Below, one piece after another: positions 1 through 12,873 of a stretch of 64,000 nucleotides of DNA. The number at the start of each line of letters is the position of its first letter. Within the stretch, counting starts at the first letter, position 1. The position numbers and the translations under genes were made by a program. Origin of the DNA: Podarcis cretensis (taxonomy: Eukaryota); assembly GCA_951804945.1 (NCBI GenBank), contig OX638150.1, positions 44,702,001 through 44,766,000 of the forward strand, written 5' to 3'. The notes under the pieces are model-generated. The model was not told where the DNA came from and ran no database searches. It was given only the letters and a program-made list of their open reading frames with translations.

Positions 1-2183
1 CCTCTATATTTCATCTTCTCAAAATGTGTTAAAATCATACCTTGCATATTCTCCAGAATCACCTGTCTGACTGGGTTGTTTTTTTTTAAACCCTTTTTAT
101 GAAGCTAACAAAGTTGCTAGTTATACAGCAGGATCTGAAACTTTATAAAAATGGACTTAGAAGTATTCCTGTATGACACATTGAAGAATGTACAAATTTG
201 TGTGGGTCCCAAAATGTAGAAAAAAGTATTTCTGGAATGGAAGACTAAGGAAGTGAATTCCTTTGGAATTGCTTTTATCTTCTTGCTCTCTTGCATAAGT
301 AAAAGCAGCTGTTCCTATTTTTAATCTGGCAAATGCTAGATAATGATAATATGCATCGGCAGGTGAACAAGGACAATTTTTTTCAAGGGTTGTTTTTAAA
401 CCTCAAAGCCCAGGGGGTAAGCCTCCCTCCCTCCCTCCCTCCCTCCCTTCTTGGGTAACCACAATGTTTGGCAGCGGCTGCAGATTCATTTCTTTCCCCC
501 TTCAGTACTGTGTGCCAGCTTAGCCCTGTTCCTTCCCCACCCTCTCCCGGAACTGGCTGCCATTAGTATGTGAACCACATTATGAAACATAGCGTCTTGT
601 AGGTGTGTGCAACGGCTTTATATGTGTGTTGTTCAGCTCAGACGGATGCCCGGGGTGGTGGTGGTGGCAGCAGCAGCAGCATTACGTAAGCTGCTCCTTT
701 GGTCCTGTCTAGAACTCGGCGTCTGCCCCAGCAAGAGGTTGGGGAGCTCATTAGCACCAGCTGCTTAGCCAAGCGACCCAAAACATCCCAGCATGGCCGC
801 AGCTGTACTCTGAGAGGGAAATGCTGCCTTCCATCAAGCAAAAACACTACAGATTTGTCAATGACCACACTGCAGTGTGTGTGTGTCTGCCTGTCTGTCT
901 CTGTCTCTGTGTGTATGGCTTAGGTGAACAAACATGTTGACTCCTAAACCTGAGGCTCAACATTCTTGAGCATCTTCATAATTAGAGCCAACTGTGGTTT
1001 TAATTGTTAAATAAGATGGTTATATATGTTATGTAACTATACTGATAGCATCATTCAAACTTTCCCCACCACCACCACCACTGTGGGAAAATGAGTGACT
1101 TTCCCATTATTTATTGTTAATTTCCTTCATCCTTCCCCCACCCAAAAATATGCAGAACAATACAACACTTCAAAACCCACAAAAAAATTAGAGCTGTTTC
1201 TTTTCCATAAAAAGCAAGGGTTGAATTGTGAAGACCTCCGTTTTGGATTCCTGCTTGGGCATGTGGTGTTGGGCAAATCACTGTATCTCTGCCAAACCTC
1301 CCTCAAAATGTTTGTTCTGATGATGAAATGGAAATAATTCAATTTCCTAAGATTTTTGGAAGAAGTCTAGGATTACATGTGTGATGGTAAATGTATAATA
1401 TAATCAGTAGCTCCTGTCTCTCATGTTGTCTTTCTTTAAACAAAATTTGATTTTGGATACACCAAGTGATGTGTCCCACACCTTTTAAAAACAGCAGGGG
1501 AGGATCTTTAACTTCCATCTGCAGAAATTTTAAACAGGCAAGTCTTGAAGCCTTGTCTCAAAATAATATGCAAAGATGTCAGATTTTATCAGAATAATTG
1601 GCCTGAGTTCATTATTTGGGGACTCCTTTATTACTTTTCTCTGAAACATGTTTTCTGGTCGTTTGGCATGGTAGCCTTTCAAACATGGAAGCCTGTTGCC
1701 CTCCTGTTACTGAAACCTCAATTCCTGTCGGCCCGAGCCAGGCCAGGTCAGGGATGGTGGGAGTTGTAGTCCAGCAACAGCTGGAGGCCATCAGGCTTCT
1801 TCCCACAGTTGCTTTAAAATTTAATCAGTGACAAATATATGGTAAGTACTGACCACAAGTCTTGAAGGAATTCTGCTGAGGACACTTAAAAGTGGTGTGA
1901 CTCCCAGCAGTCATGACTGGAATTTTGAACATGAAATGCACATGGCAGCTTTCTTAGAATTTATAGTTGGTGTATTTTGTTAAACACAGAAAGAAAAGCA
2001 AATTTTATGCATAGGCACCAGTCAGTCATCCTATTCTGCTACCTAGAAACCTGGTTGAAATTAGTGCCAAGCCAGAGACTGATACATTGACGGCAATTAT
2101 TGAGCTGGTGCAGGTTCATTGGAGTGTGTGGTCATTCAAGTAACCTTGTCTTAAACTGTTCAAAACTTTAAACTTTAGAGATA

Positions 2184-2424
2184 TAGTGGTACCTTGGTTT
2201 ATGAACTTAATCTGTTCCTGAAGTCCGTTCTTAAACCAAATCCGTTCTTAAACCGAGGTGCGCTTTCCCTAATGAGGTCTCCCACCGCTGGTGCCCTTCC
2301 ACCATTCGGATTCCGTTCTTAGACTGAGGTAAAGTTCGCAAACCGGAACACTACTTCCGGTTTTGTGGAGTTTGTAAACCAAATAGTTCATTAACAGGAC
2401 TGTTCTTAAACCAAGGTACCACTG
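2184..2424. mobile_element. Tc1/mariner-type MITE
   Basis: TIR (c/t)agtggtacct...aggtaccactg flanked by TA; reverse-oriented sibling at 23497-23716. Confidence 0.8.
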
Positions 2425-2569
2425 TACAAATGGGTGGCCATTGTAGCTGATGCAGAATTGCTGCTAGGCCCCAGAAGTATTTCAGCAACTGGGATTTTGC
2501 ACATGCTGAAGTATGTACAGTATATGTATATAATTTGCCTAAACTACTAAAATGTGCTAGTGACTGTTG

Positions 2570-2850
2570 TCGCCTGCAATTCCACTGATAATACTGAGTC
2601 AGGGAGTACTCCAATATGCATCTGATTCTTCAGCCCTCTCTAAAAGCTGTTGCAAACCTCCATCCAAAGAAGCAATCTTCCCAAGCAACTTTACTTTGGT
2701 CATACCAGGATTAAGTTTCCACTTGTTTCCTCTCATTCATCCTGGAACTGTTCCCAGGTATATGCTCATCGTTTCCACTGCATCCCTGGAATTAATTGAT
2801 GGAAACAAGCAGTAGAGCTTTGTGGTCTGCATTCAGTGACACCTTTGTCC
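2570..2850 (-). mobile_element. Degraded L2-like LINE RT fragment
   Basis: Minus strand contains a decayed aacaagtggaaacttaatcctgg (NKLKLNPDKT-type motif), also seen in the 55.4 and 61.0 kb copies. Confidence 0.5.
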
Positions 2851-3796
2851 AAAGTTCCAAATAATTTCACCCAACTGTTTACTTTAAATCAGAAGTGACA
2901 AACCTGTGGCTCTCTAAATGTTGTTGGACTCCAACTCGCATTGCAGTGGTCAACAGCCAGCAAGGTGGATGGCCTTAGGTTAGCCTCTGATGTAAAAAGT
3001 TTGAAAGTACGGGACACAGGCTGGTAACTTGGAGCAATTTGGGGTAAAGCAATAGTTCTAATATAAAATGCAAAGCAAGAAGCAATTACAGATAGTAAAG
3101 TGTAGAAAAAACACCACAATATATCAAAGGCAGGCTAAAATCGATCACTAGTTCATTAATCTACCAAAGGGAGTGAAAAATATTTGAACAGGAGAAGAGA
3201 GTACCATAAGTTATTTCATTTGTGTTCTGTAGAAAAAAATGGTTTGTAATATCCCGTATCTGTGTTAAAGTTTCATATTCTAAACCTATTTGTCCTGGAC
3301 CCTGAAACCATGCTATAACTGAATATGCAATGCATTCTTTATCCAGATGTACACTCTGCTAATATGGACATGTCATTGAGAGTATCAGAATTGGGCTTCA
3401 ACAATGGTCCTTCCAGCACAGAAATCTGTATTGGGCTGCCACCTGGATAATGCAGATTCAGTAACTGAACAGACAGCGCCACAACACAGAAGCACACACA
3501 CCCATAGGCATTTCCACACACATAATTGTACATATGTTCACACAAACACACACTGTTGATAGGTTGTGATGTTGCCTAGTTTCAGGCCCATCAAGAACAA
3601 GTCACGTGAGAATTCAAACAGATCTGGTGATGACAGAAGAGAGCATCTTATTGTGAAATGGAAAACCTTGGCACTTAACCTGAGATTGACTCCAAGCAAT
3701 GTTTTGCTGCAGGAGGAGAGTGGGCTAACAGGCTAGAACAGGCAGCCCAAAGCCAAAACTGCTGACTTAGATGGCAAACTTTGGTTGAGAAAAAAA

Positions 3797-3965
3797 TCAG
3801 TGGTAGAGCACCTGCCTTGAATGCAGAAGATGCCTGGGACCTCCACATAGGACTGGGAGAGAACCACATTTGAAACCCTGGACAGCTAGCACCAGTAAGT
3901 ATAGATGATACTGAGCTGGGTGGACCAATGGTCTGACTCAGGATAAAGCAGTTTCCTATGTTTCC
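3797..3965 (+). mobile_element. tRNA-head squamate SINE (Squam2/SINE2-like)
   Basis: tcagtggtagagcacctg head and gagctgg..ggaccaatggtctgactcag..gcagtttcctatgt tail; sibling at 50350-50503. Confidence 0.6.
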
Positions 3966-6580
3966 ATCATTTATGTAGTACACTGGCTGAACTCTAACCC
4001 CAAAGTTTACACAGATCAAGGTATAGGAGCCTAGTAATGGATGATGTCAAGCAAAATCTTATCTTGTCCTAGTGGTTGTAACTGCAGGTGCTGTGTAAAA
4101 ACCCACCCACTACTTTCTACTTCCACTCACTCACTCTGTATTGTTCTTGATATGACTTCTGACTTGCCAGGAAAAGCCTGTACAGTTGAGTGCCTAGCAG
4201 AACTAAGCCAGGGCTGGGCAGAAGGCAGATTTCGGCAAGTTTCTCTGACTCTCAATTGTCTAACAATGAGCATTTGTCTTGCAATCATTCTGATTTGCTT
4301 ATGGAATGTTTATACATCTTCCTGTTAGTCATTTGTTCATCCCACACTTTCCAATGCATTTTCTTGTCAATATTACAAACCTTAATAAGTTATATTCCTT
4401 TTTAAAGTTGATATATTGCGCTAAGGCAACAGAGTCCTTTAACCCACTAACCACATAAATCTAAAGTTCCAGCATGGATATGAATCATTCCCATGAAAAA
4501 GTGACAGTCTGGAAGCACCCAGATTGGTGGGCTACAGGGTTCCTGGAGAAACCAGCAGATTCTGCAAGCTTGATGTCTGCCCATCCCTTGTGTAACCCAC
4601 CAAGACTTGGGCTGTGTACACACTCATGTTTACTCTGCATCCAGTGTGCTCCTACCATTGGTTTGCGAAGCATTGTACACACAACATTAGTCACAATCCG
4701 TATCTATCTTTTATCTATCATGATGTTACTTAGGAAACAGTGCATTTTGATGTATCTCCCTGCAAACCAGCTTTTATCTCAATTCAGAAAAGAGGGGGAC
4801 CTAGCTTCATTTTAAGCCAGTAACATGAACATGTCCTAAACAACATAAATGGATTTTACCCTTGTTCTTCTCTCCTAATTTTCTTTGTAATTCTTGCCAG
4901 ATAGATCTCCTTTTTTTGGTTCTCTCCTAGCACAGTTCTTTCTTATTGTGGGTTAGGAATACATGGACTCGTTAGAAGCATCTTTAGAATCTTGCATGCA
5001 TTTTTTTAAGGTCAAATCCTAGTGCCCAGCCTCAAAAATGAAAGGTTGTCATGCTGGCTTGATCACTTAAAAGAGTACTTATCTGGAGTTTGCATCCACT
5101 TAGCAGCTAGGGTTGGGCTCTAGCAGGTATCTGCCCAATTTATAGTACACCCAGTTTAAGCAGCATAGGTTCTCACAGCAGACGGAAAGCAGGAGTCGCT
5201 GCATGCAGATGCATCTCTAGGAGTTTCTGCAAGGTTTGGAATTGACTCTGGGGTTTGCATTGGGTTCAAGGGGGCTGCAGGGTAGTAGGAAGGGTCTGGG
5301 CTTCTGCTTACTGTTGCCTAGATAGATATGGATGCTGAATTGAGGCACTTAAGTGGTAGGTCTTGATCAAATAGGAGGTGCAGCTGGGAGTGTCACAATC
5401 ATGTCTAGAAAGTAATGGATTGATGTTGGTGAGATGAAAGGAAACGAGAATTCACTTTAGATTGCTGCAAATGCAAGCTCTAACTCACCTGTGGTGGAAT
5501 TTTGCATCCTCCTGACCAAGCCAACCACTCCCTTGAAGCCTCAGTTCCTTGTTTTCAAAACGAGAATAACAGTGATTGATCACTAACGGTAGAGGAGAAT
5601 AAATAAGGATTTCAGATGCTATGAATTACACTTCCCTATAGGCTAGTGACAGCTAATGTGGAGTTCTACGGGTGTTGTAGACTCCAAATCCCAGTGGTCA
5701 GGGATGATGAAAGTGAACAACTTCTGGAGGGCACCCTGTTAACTACCTTTAGTTAGTTCCTAGAATCTCAGGGAAATACAAGTATGCGGCATGTTTGTCA
5801 TCAGTACGAGCTGGGTAGAAATACGATTTGATATGGTGGATTGATTACCACCAAGGAGCGTGGTTGGTTGCAGCTCTGTATCCAGCAGCTGGTCAGGGAG
5901 AAGGCGGAAATTGTGGTTTCCTCGATCATCCCTTTCTAATCACAAGGTACGCACACCCTCCATTTTAGAGCTGAGGAAAGAACTCAGCCTTTCATGTGTG
6001 TAGACCCTGGCAGTTCCTCAGTTTGAGACTGGTGGGGGAAAGAAAAGATCCTTCCCTTTCTCTTTCTCTCTCTCTCCCCTCAACTAGTTTCTTCTGCATC
6101 AAGGCTGTTTGCTTGGTTCATCCCTGTTCCAGAAGACAAACCCTGTGGGTGTTGACTTGTCAAACACTGGAAGAGAACTAGGCCCAGTGAGGAGAGTGGT
6201 TCCATCAGGTTTCCAGAGAAGAAGGGCTGTTTGTTTGCTTTTTAGTGTGTGTGTGTTTTTAAGGATTTGGATTCAGAACAGGATTTCTTGAAGAGGTGCA
6301 AGAGTTAGCAGAGTAAGAAGCTGCACAGAAGGGAGCAGGTCCTGAATATCACAAATTCATGCACCAAACTCATAATTAGGCTGAAGTTCCTAAGCCAAGC
6401 CTTGAAGGCACACATTAGTTTTGGATATTTGGTATGGTGTGCATTTTAAAATTGTAACCTGCATTGAGCCCTTGGGGTGGGTAGGCTAGAAAAACAAATG
6501 ATGACTAATCAGACTCCTGACTCCTGTCCTGACAAGGAGCCCCCACTTTCTGTACATGAGCTCTTATCTTTAGGTTCCTT

Positions 6581-6710
6581 TGGCCAAACTTGGCCCTCCA
6601 GATGTTTTGGGACTACAACTCCCATCATCCCTAGCCAACAGGACCAGTGGTCAGAGATGATGGGAATTGTAGTCCCAAAACATCTGGAGGGCCAAGTTTG
6701 GCCATTCCTG
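6581..6710. mobile_element. Palindromic hAT-like MITE
   Basis: Long inverted arms ggccaaacttggccctccagatgttttgggactacaactcccatcat / its reverse complement; same family as 11768-11903. Confidence 0.75.
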
Positions 6711-8867
6711 GTTACAGCATTGTGTTTGGTTTGTTTCTGTGCTCAGTGGTAAGTGCTGGTCATTGGACCAGGGAATTTAAAGCACCACCCGCTTGAATTT
6801 GTTCAACCAGTGAGATCCTCAGCAGAGACGCTGCACCATGTCCTGCCACCATCGGGGGGTTGGGGGTTGGATGGGTGGATAACATAGGGCAAGGCCTTTT
6901 GGGGAGGCCTTAGCGCAGCACCCAGGCTTTAGAGCTCCCTCCTCCAGGACACCCCTCTCACTTTTGTGTAGGACACTTTCTGCCCACCTCTCTACAAATT
7001 CCCTACTGAAATAAGCCCTTTTTCTTCTCACAATCTTGAGTGACGCTCCAATGCTCTTGCAATGCTGCAATGTCTATATACATGCTTATATGGGAATGGG
7101 GTAAATTTCATTTAACTCATTTGGACTCATTTCTGAGCAGGCACATGTAGGGTTATGCTGCAAGGGCTTCCAAACCTTCCCTTTTGTTTCCCAACCTTTC
7201 ACATTTTACCTTTCATCCACACTTCTTCTGCTTCTACATTATTTCAATCACTTTCCAGGACTGTTCTATCTCAGGTCCTTTGAGTTGCCATGCTGCATGT
7301 TAAATTTACTTCCTTTCCCCTGACAATTAGGAGGGAATGCAACTGCAAGCACCCTTCAGCCAGCCCAGCCTCTCACCCCTCCCATCTCACCCCTCCCTCC
7401 AGCTTCCGATGCCAAGCAATCAAAGAAGAGTCTACCTTTAGGAAAGATGTAAAAGGTCAGCACAGAGGCACTTAGGTATTTAGAAACCTGTGGGGGCTGT
7501 CAGAGCAGCCTTCTCTTCTCTTCACCTTGCCTAAGAGCTGCTTCCCAGGTGGAATTTGTGGGATAATTGCTAAGGGAGTCTGTGCTCTTTGGATTGCTTC
7601 TCCCCTGCAATTGCCCTCACTGAGGGCGAAGCCAAATCAACTGATAACCTTTTGCACAGGTTAGTGTTAAAAACTGGTTAAATTGTGCCCTGCTCCTGCA
7701 TCCACGTTCTGTTCTGCTTGTGAAATTTTGGTTTCATGGATGTTGCAAAACTGTGTCTTCTTTAACTATTCTTTCCTATGAAAATAGACAATCAGAAATG
7801 TTTTGCTTACAGTGAAATCTGCTTTGTGGTGTAGTTTGCCTGCATGAAGGTCTGGAAAGGAGAAGTGGAACTTGCTTTCTCCTCTTTAAAGGCTAATATG
7901 TGATCAAGGTGATAGAAAACCAGAGGTGTTTTGCCCCAATGAATTGTTTGGAGGTGTAGGCTTTCTATGTCATTGCAGTCCACCAAACAGAAATCTGGTC
8001 CGAAATCCTATCTCATCAATGGACTTGCTAGATAACCATGAGTGTCACCCTCTGTCCACCCTCAGCTGTCTAGTCATACAATGAAATATTTATAGCCACC
8101 TCTGGGATGTTGTGATGAATGAAATAATAAAAGCCATCCTATAAATGGGCAGGCATAATTTAATCAAGACTGTACTGTAATCTTTTAAATTTTTTAAAAA
8201 ATTATGGAAGTACATAGAATAACTAATTATCAAACTACCCTGGACTGGTAGGGGTGCAAATGATGATTTGCAACCCAATTCTATACATGTGCAATCATAT
8301 ATTTAAAGTGCAATCCTATACAGAAAATCCTTGTTAAATGTATATAGGATTACTGCCTTATAACTTGTTATTTAATAAGTAATTATTTAATCAGTTCTGC
8401 AGCATCTTGGAGTCTCCCACATAGCTCCCTGTTGTTCGTGCTATAACAGACTTAGCACAGGTACCCCACAGGGCTTTGTTCAGTAAATTGTGTTTCTTTG
8501 TGTAACAATATGGGAACATGTATAAACTTTGTCCCAGGTGGACAGACCTTTGTAACAGAAGCCAGGCATTAACAGCTGTAATCCTTTAACAGGTGCTTTT
8601 AATGTTATGTAACAGCAAACAAGTTAATAAAGTAAACTTTTTATTAAAAAACCGAATGTGTTGAAACTGGGTGTGGGAATCTGAACTTTTTAAAAGATGG
8701 TTACTAGGTTGTATTGAGGGTCGAGGCTCTGCGCCTGGCATTGCGAGGAGACTTTTAGGGAAGCAAAGAAATGCTAATAGTTCCTTAGCAGGAGCATGTC
8801 TTAAAAAAAAAAAGGACTTCCCACAATTGTGGGTCTTTTTTTAAAGCTATGTATGTGTGACTAGACT

Positions 8868-9015
8868 AAATGTGATCCACCTGGAGAACGAACTGGCAAA
8901 CCACTCCAGTATTTTGCCAAGAAAACTCCATGGACATAAAAAAGGAGACGCTTTGAGAAGAAAGTGAGAGTTTCCAAGGCATGCTCTGGTTCATGGGGTC
9001 ACAACTAAACAACAA
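8868..9015 (+). mobile_element. BovB/RTE-related fragment
   Basis: ggcaaaccactccagtattttgccaagaaaactccatggac...catggggtcacaactaaacaacaa, matching the BovB 3' end at 20.4 kb. Confidence 0.6.
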
Positions 9016-10272
9016 TGTGTGATCACTTTTTAAAAAACATGTGCATTGCATATCAATTTGGATCTCCCATTCTCTGATGCTCTATACAGAACTCTTACCT
9101 GCAGCTAGGATGATTTTTTTCACTCTGATTCGAGTCCTAGAATCATCTGGAGTCTCTTCTCCTGAGAAAGTTTTGGGACTCCAACATGATTGCTTGACAA
9201 GCAAGCCTGTTGGCTGAAGTGCTACCTCAGTTCCAGCTCTAAGTACTTAAGGGCCATCTCATCTTCTAAAAGTAGTGTTTTGGCTCGAAGACACTTTTCT
9301 CCCACACATAGTTATACTGTATTCTCCTTCACACACCCCTCCTTATTTTTCTTCTTCTTCCCCCTGGTAGTTGCTCTGCTTGCACGGAAAGTCAAACAAA
9401 ATATTTGGGCATTTGTTGTCAGCCGAACCTCTGTCAGTGGTCACAGCCAGCCTTAGATCTTGGAAGGGGGGGAGGGGCTCCCAGCATTACTCATTAATGA
9501 AAGAGCTCATTTAGATAGCCTGGGAAGTGGGTCTCTTTCAAAGGCCTTGCCTAGCATTGTTAAGCCAGGAGAGTTTGATTGCAGTTTGCACAGCGGGGGA
9601 TTTGATTTCTCAATTCACCTTGGAAAAATAAGCAGCAGCAAAGAATCTCTCAATGGAATGCACCAGATTAAAAATTATTACTAGGCCATGCCTGGTGAGG
9701 ATATGCCACTAACTGGATTACGGTGTGGGTGGGTGTTTGGGAATGGTTGGCCTCCATTAAAGTTCATTTTGGCAAGCCCTTCATGGTCGAGTGGACTGTT
9801 GTGCAATCTCCAAGGAGTGACTAGTTTCCCCAGGAAATAAAGCAAAGAGTCAATGCCTCTAATCTAATGTTGCCCACCACCCCAGTCTCCAAGCAGTGCA
9901 ACATTCCAGGGGTTCCAGGCACTTACCCAGAGCTCAGTTTCCTTGGAATGAGGGATAGCAGAGACTTTGGTGTCTTTATGATATATGGTTTATTTACTCA
10001 TATATACAACCTGGGCCTATGCTGGAGGAGCTCATAGCATTAATACCCAGAGAGGGTCATGCTTTTCCCATAGCCACAGCCTTGGATCCCAGCAGAAATC
10101 AGGCTTGGCTCTGTCTCTTAGCTGCCCAGCCTGCTTCCTCCTTCTAGCTTCTAGCTCACACACACAACTCTGACTTTTGTCTTTCTAACTAACAGACAGT
10201 TAAGGGAGGGGGGCTCACCCATCTGCTATCTGGCACAGAGCCATTTCCTTTGCTGCCTTTAGGATCCATTAA

Positions 10273-10645
10273 AAAGGTATAAAGGTACCCCTGACCATTA
10301 GGTCCAGTCGTGGCTGACTCTGGGGTTGTGTGTTCATCTCGCTCTATAGGTCGAGGGAGCCGGCGTTTGTCCTCAGACAGCTTTCGGGTCATGTGGCCAG
10401 CATGACTAAGCCGCTTCTGGCGAACCAGAGCAGCACACGGAAACGCCGTTTATCTTTCCGCTGGAGCAGTACCTATTTATCTACTTGCACTTTGACGTGC
10501 TTTCGGGTCATGTGGCCAGCATGACTAAGCCGCTTCTGGTGAACCAGAGCAGCACATGGAAACGCCGTTTATCTTCCCGCTGGAGCAGTACCTATTTATC
10601 TACTTGCACTTTGACGTGCTTTCAAACTGCTAGGTTGGCAGGAGT
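10273..10645 (-). mobile_element. Sauria SINE, 5'-truncated, with internal 119-bp duplication
   Basis: Reverse complement of the 46380 copy; aaaggt tail at the left end. Confidence 0.9.
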
Positions 10646-10687
10646 TGGTATGGGTTGGTAGTTAGGAACATATGAAGTTTCCTTATA

Positions 10688-10929
10688 CAGTGGAACCTCG
10701 GGTTACATACACTTCAGGTTACATACGCTTCAGGTTACAGACTCCGCTAATCCAGAAATAATACCTCAGGTTAAGAACTTTGCTTCAGGATGAGAACAGA
10801 AATCGTGCTCCGGTGGTGCAGTGGCAGCAGGAAGCCCCATTAGCTAAAGTGGTGCTTCAGGTTAAGAACAGTTTCAGGTTAAGAACAGACCTCCAGAACA
10901 AATTAAGTACTTAACCCGAGGTACCACTG
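10688..10929. mobile_element. Tc1/mariner-type MITE
   Basis: TA|cagtggaacctcgggtta...taacccgaggtaccactg|TA; close sibling at 41868-42092. Confidence 0.85.
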
Positions 10930-11767
10930 TATCTGTGGAAACTACAGCAAACGCCTTTGAGAGATACTACGACTCAAAGCTTTTGCATAAGATTTGCTTG
11001 ATTGCAGCTTATTTTATGAGATGTAACACTGTTATTGGCAAAAACTCATACTACAGTAAGCCATGCAAGATACTTAAATCAATTTAGAGGATTTCTTAGA
11101 AGCATGCTGACCCACTACCAGCTAGCTGCACACTTGATCCCTCTGATCTGAAGCAGAAGCTGAAAAATTGGCAGGGTCCCCACAGTCAAAACAAGGGTCT
11201 GTTATGGAAGACTCCACAGTTATACACTTTTTGTGTGTATAGCTGTACTGCTTTCCGTTCATTCAGCCAAGTCCTAATCATACAACCAGGAGTGTGGGAA
11301 ACTTTTCATCAAACACTCCTAAAGTTTCAGTATTCTCAAAGTCCCACAACAAGTGAAGGTAGCTTTGTTGACCCATAAGAAAGAAAGTTAAAACCTATGT
11401 TAGGGCAATAGTTTTCTTAGGCGAACCAAAATGTCACAGAACATTGTGCAAACTTTAACATTTAGTCAGAGAACTCAAAGGCTGACCACTGTGTTGTGGC
11501 ATATCAGTTGGCTTAATGAAGATATAGCCCTAATATGGATCTTGGGACATCCATTATAATAACATTTAATATAAGAACTACTTACTTTGTAACTTGGTAA
11601 TCTGCTCTTTGAAGGGAATGTTTAGTGTTTTAACAATGCATTACAACAATTACAGTTATATTTCGACTGTGAAAGTTCTCAAACTCTAAAATGGAGATCA
11701 TTCCAGTACTTACACTGTTGTGCAGGAGGGCTGGAATAATACAAAATGTTTGAGTGTCAGTTGATAG

Positions 11768-11903
11768 CAGGCATAGGCAAACTCGGCCCTTCAGATGTTT
11801 TGGGATTACAACTCCCATCATCTCTAGCTAACGGGACCAGTGGTCAGGGATGATGGGAGTTGTAGTTACAAAACATCTGGAGGGCCGAGTTTGCCTATGC
11901 CTG
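11768..11903. mobile_element. Palindromic hAT-like MITE
   Basis: caggcataggcaaactcggccct...agggccgagtttgcctatgcctg, near-perfect inverted arms. Confidence 0.8.
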
Positions 11904-12008
11904 GTTTAGAGTCTAGCTATGCTACATGCAGTATGTTTTTTTTTGGCAAATTTTGAGGCAGCACCTGGCCCCTACCACGGTCACCCAACCATGGAATAGA
12001 AGCTTTCT

Positions 12009-12017
12009 ACACACACA

Positions 12018-12075
<58 letters not shown>
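12009..12075. repeat. Compound (CA)n(GA)n microsatellite
   Basis: Read directly from the sequence. Confidence 0.95.
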
Positions 12076-12077
<2 letters not shown>

Positions 12078-12459
12078 CCACAGGAGACAAGAGTTCCCTT
12101 CTGTCAGTAGTGCTGTCAAGGCAGCACTTTGAGGTGGATGTCTAGAGCTTCACGCAGCAGAATGAAGGGGAGCTCCCCCTGCCCTAGTGCAGCACGTCCC
12201 GTTTACCACGTTTTGAAGTAAATCAAGTAGTACACATTATCATCTAAAAGCCCCATGCACACACACAATAACATTAGGTCTAAAGTCTAAGATTACCTAA
12301 CTGCACCACTACGTTTTGTGAAGAACATACAAGATTGATGACCCCCTTATCTGTGGGAAGGAGTGCTGGATGAAGAGGGAGTTCATGCATGATCTCACTC
12401 CTGGGGTTGTTGAAGCACCCATAAGCTTTCTACAAGGCAAGCTGTGAGGCTACATATGT

Positions 12460-12613
12460 ACACTGCATTTAAAGCACATGACATCCCCCCCGCCCCCCCA
12501 GAATCCTGGGAACTGTAGCTTATCACCCACAGAGCTACAATTCTTGGCATCCTTATCAAACTACGGTTACCAGGGTTCTTGGGGGGGGGGTATTGCTTTA
12601 AATATATGGTGTG
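12460..12613. mobile_element. Palindromic MITE
   Basis: catttaaagca..cccccc..gaatcctgggaactgtag / ctacggttaccagggttct..gggggg..tgctttaaat inverted arms. Confidence 0.55.
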
Positions 12614-12721
12614 TTCGCAGCAGAGATGGTGCTGCTGATGTAGATATTTGAAATGATTGAAACTCTAATTCTGCACCTACCCACACTGCAGACCCACTGT
12701 GTCTCTCTGCCTTGCTGCACC

Positions 12722-12873
12722 ATGACTGTCACATACACAGCCCGCGTGGCCAACGCTCGCTTCGGTGGCTTCTACAAACTACTGACCCTCTGGCGTGGAA
12801 GCATCTACAAGTTGCTCTACAAGGAGTTCTTGGTCTTCTCTCTTTCGTACCTGGGACTTAGTGTTACATATCG
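12722..12873 (+). CDS. BEST2: BEST2 coding exon 1
   Basis: ATG 12722; [36 protein letters not shown]...; donor CG|gtaagt; probable acceptor ctgcag| ending 12691. Confidence 0.96.

Noticed and set aside
1-1100. Possible 3' UTR of the upstream gene (GET3/ASNA1 in mammalian synteny)
   Set aside because: No coding exon in the window to anchor it; synteny only.
4200-4330. Minus-strand peptide IVRQLRVRETC resembling the polycystin RQLRV motif
   Set aside because: Lacks the upstream LLG-P context, has a nearby in-frame stop, and no other polycystin exons were found.
4901-4960. LAQFFLIVG* resembling bestrophin [10 protein letters not shown] (possible BEST pseudo-exon)
   Set aside because: Match is only ~10 codons, the exon boundary disagrees with the bestrophin layout, and no flanking similarity exists.
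5083-5520. Minus-strand intron-like 84-nt segment (CAG|gtgagt at 5488 ... tttctag at 5405) and a following 322-nt pseudo-exon ending CAG|ataagt
   Set aside because: All frames contain stops at roughly random frequency and no protein similarity is recognisable; a lncRNA intron cannot be excluded but is unsupported.
6581-11903. Long hairpins at 6581-6710 and 11768-11903 as pre-miRNAs
   Set aside because: Multiple diverged copies in the window identify them as MITEs.
7000-12691. BEST2 non-coding first exon and promoter
   Set aside because: The acceptor before the ATG implies one, but several weak donor candidates exist and none can be chosen from sequence alone.
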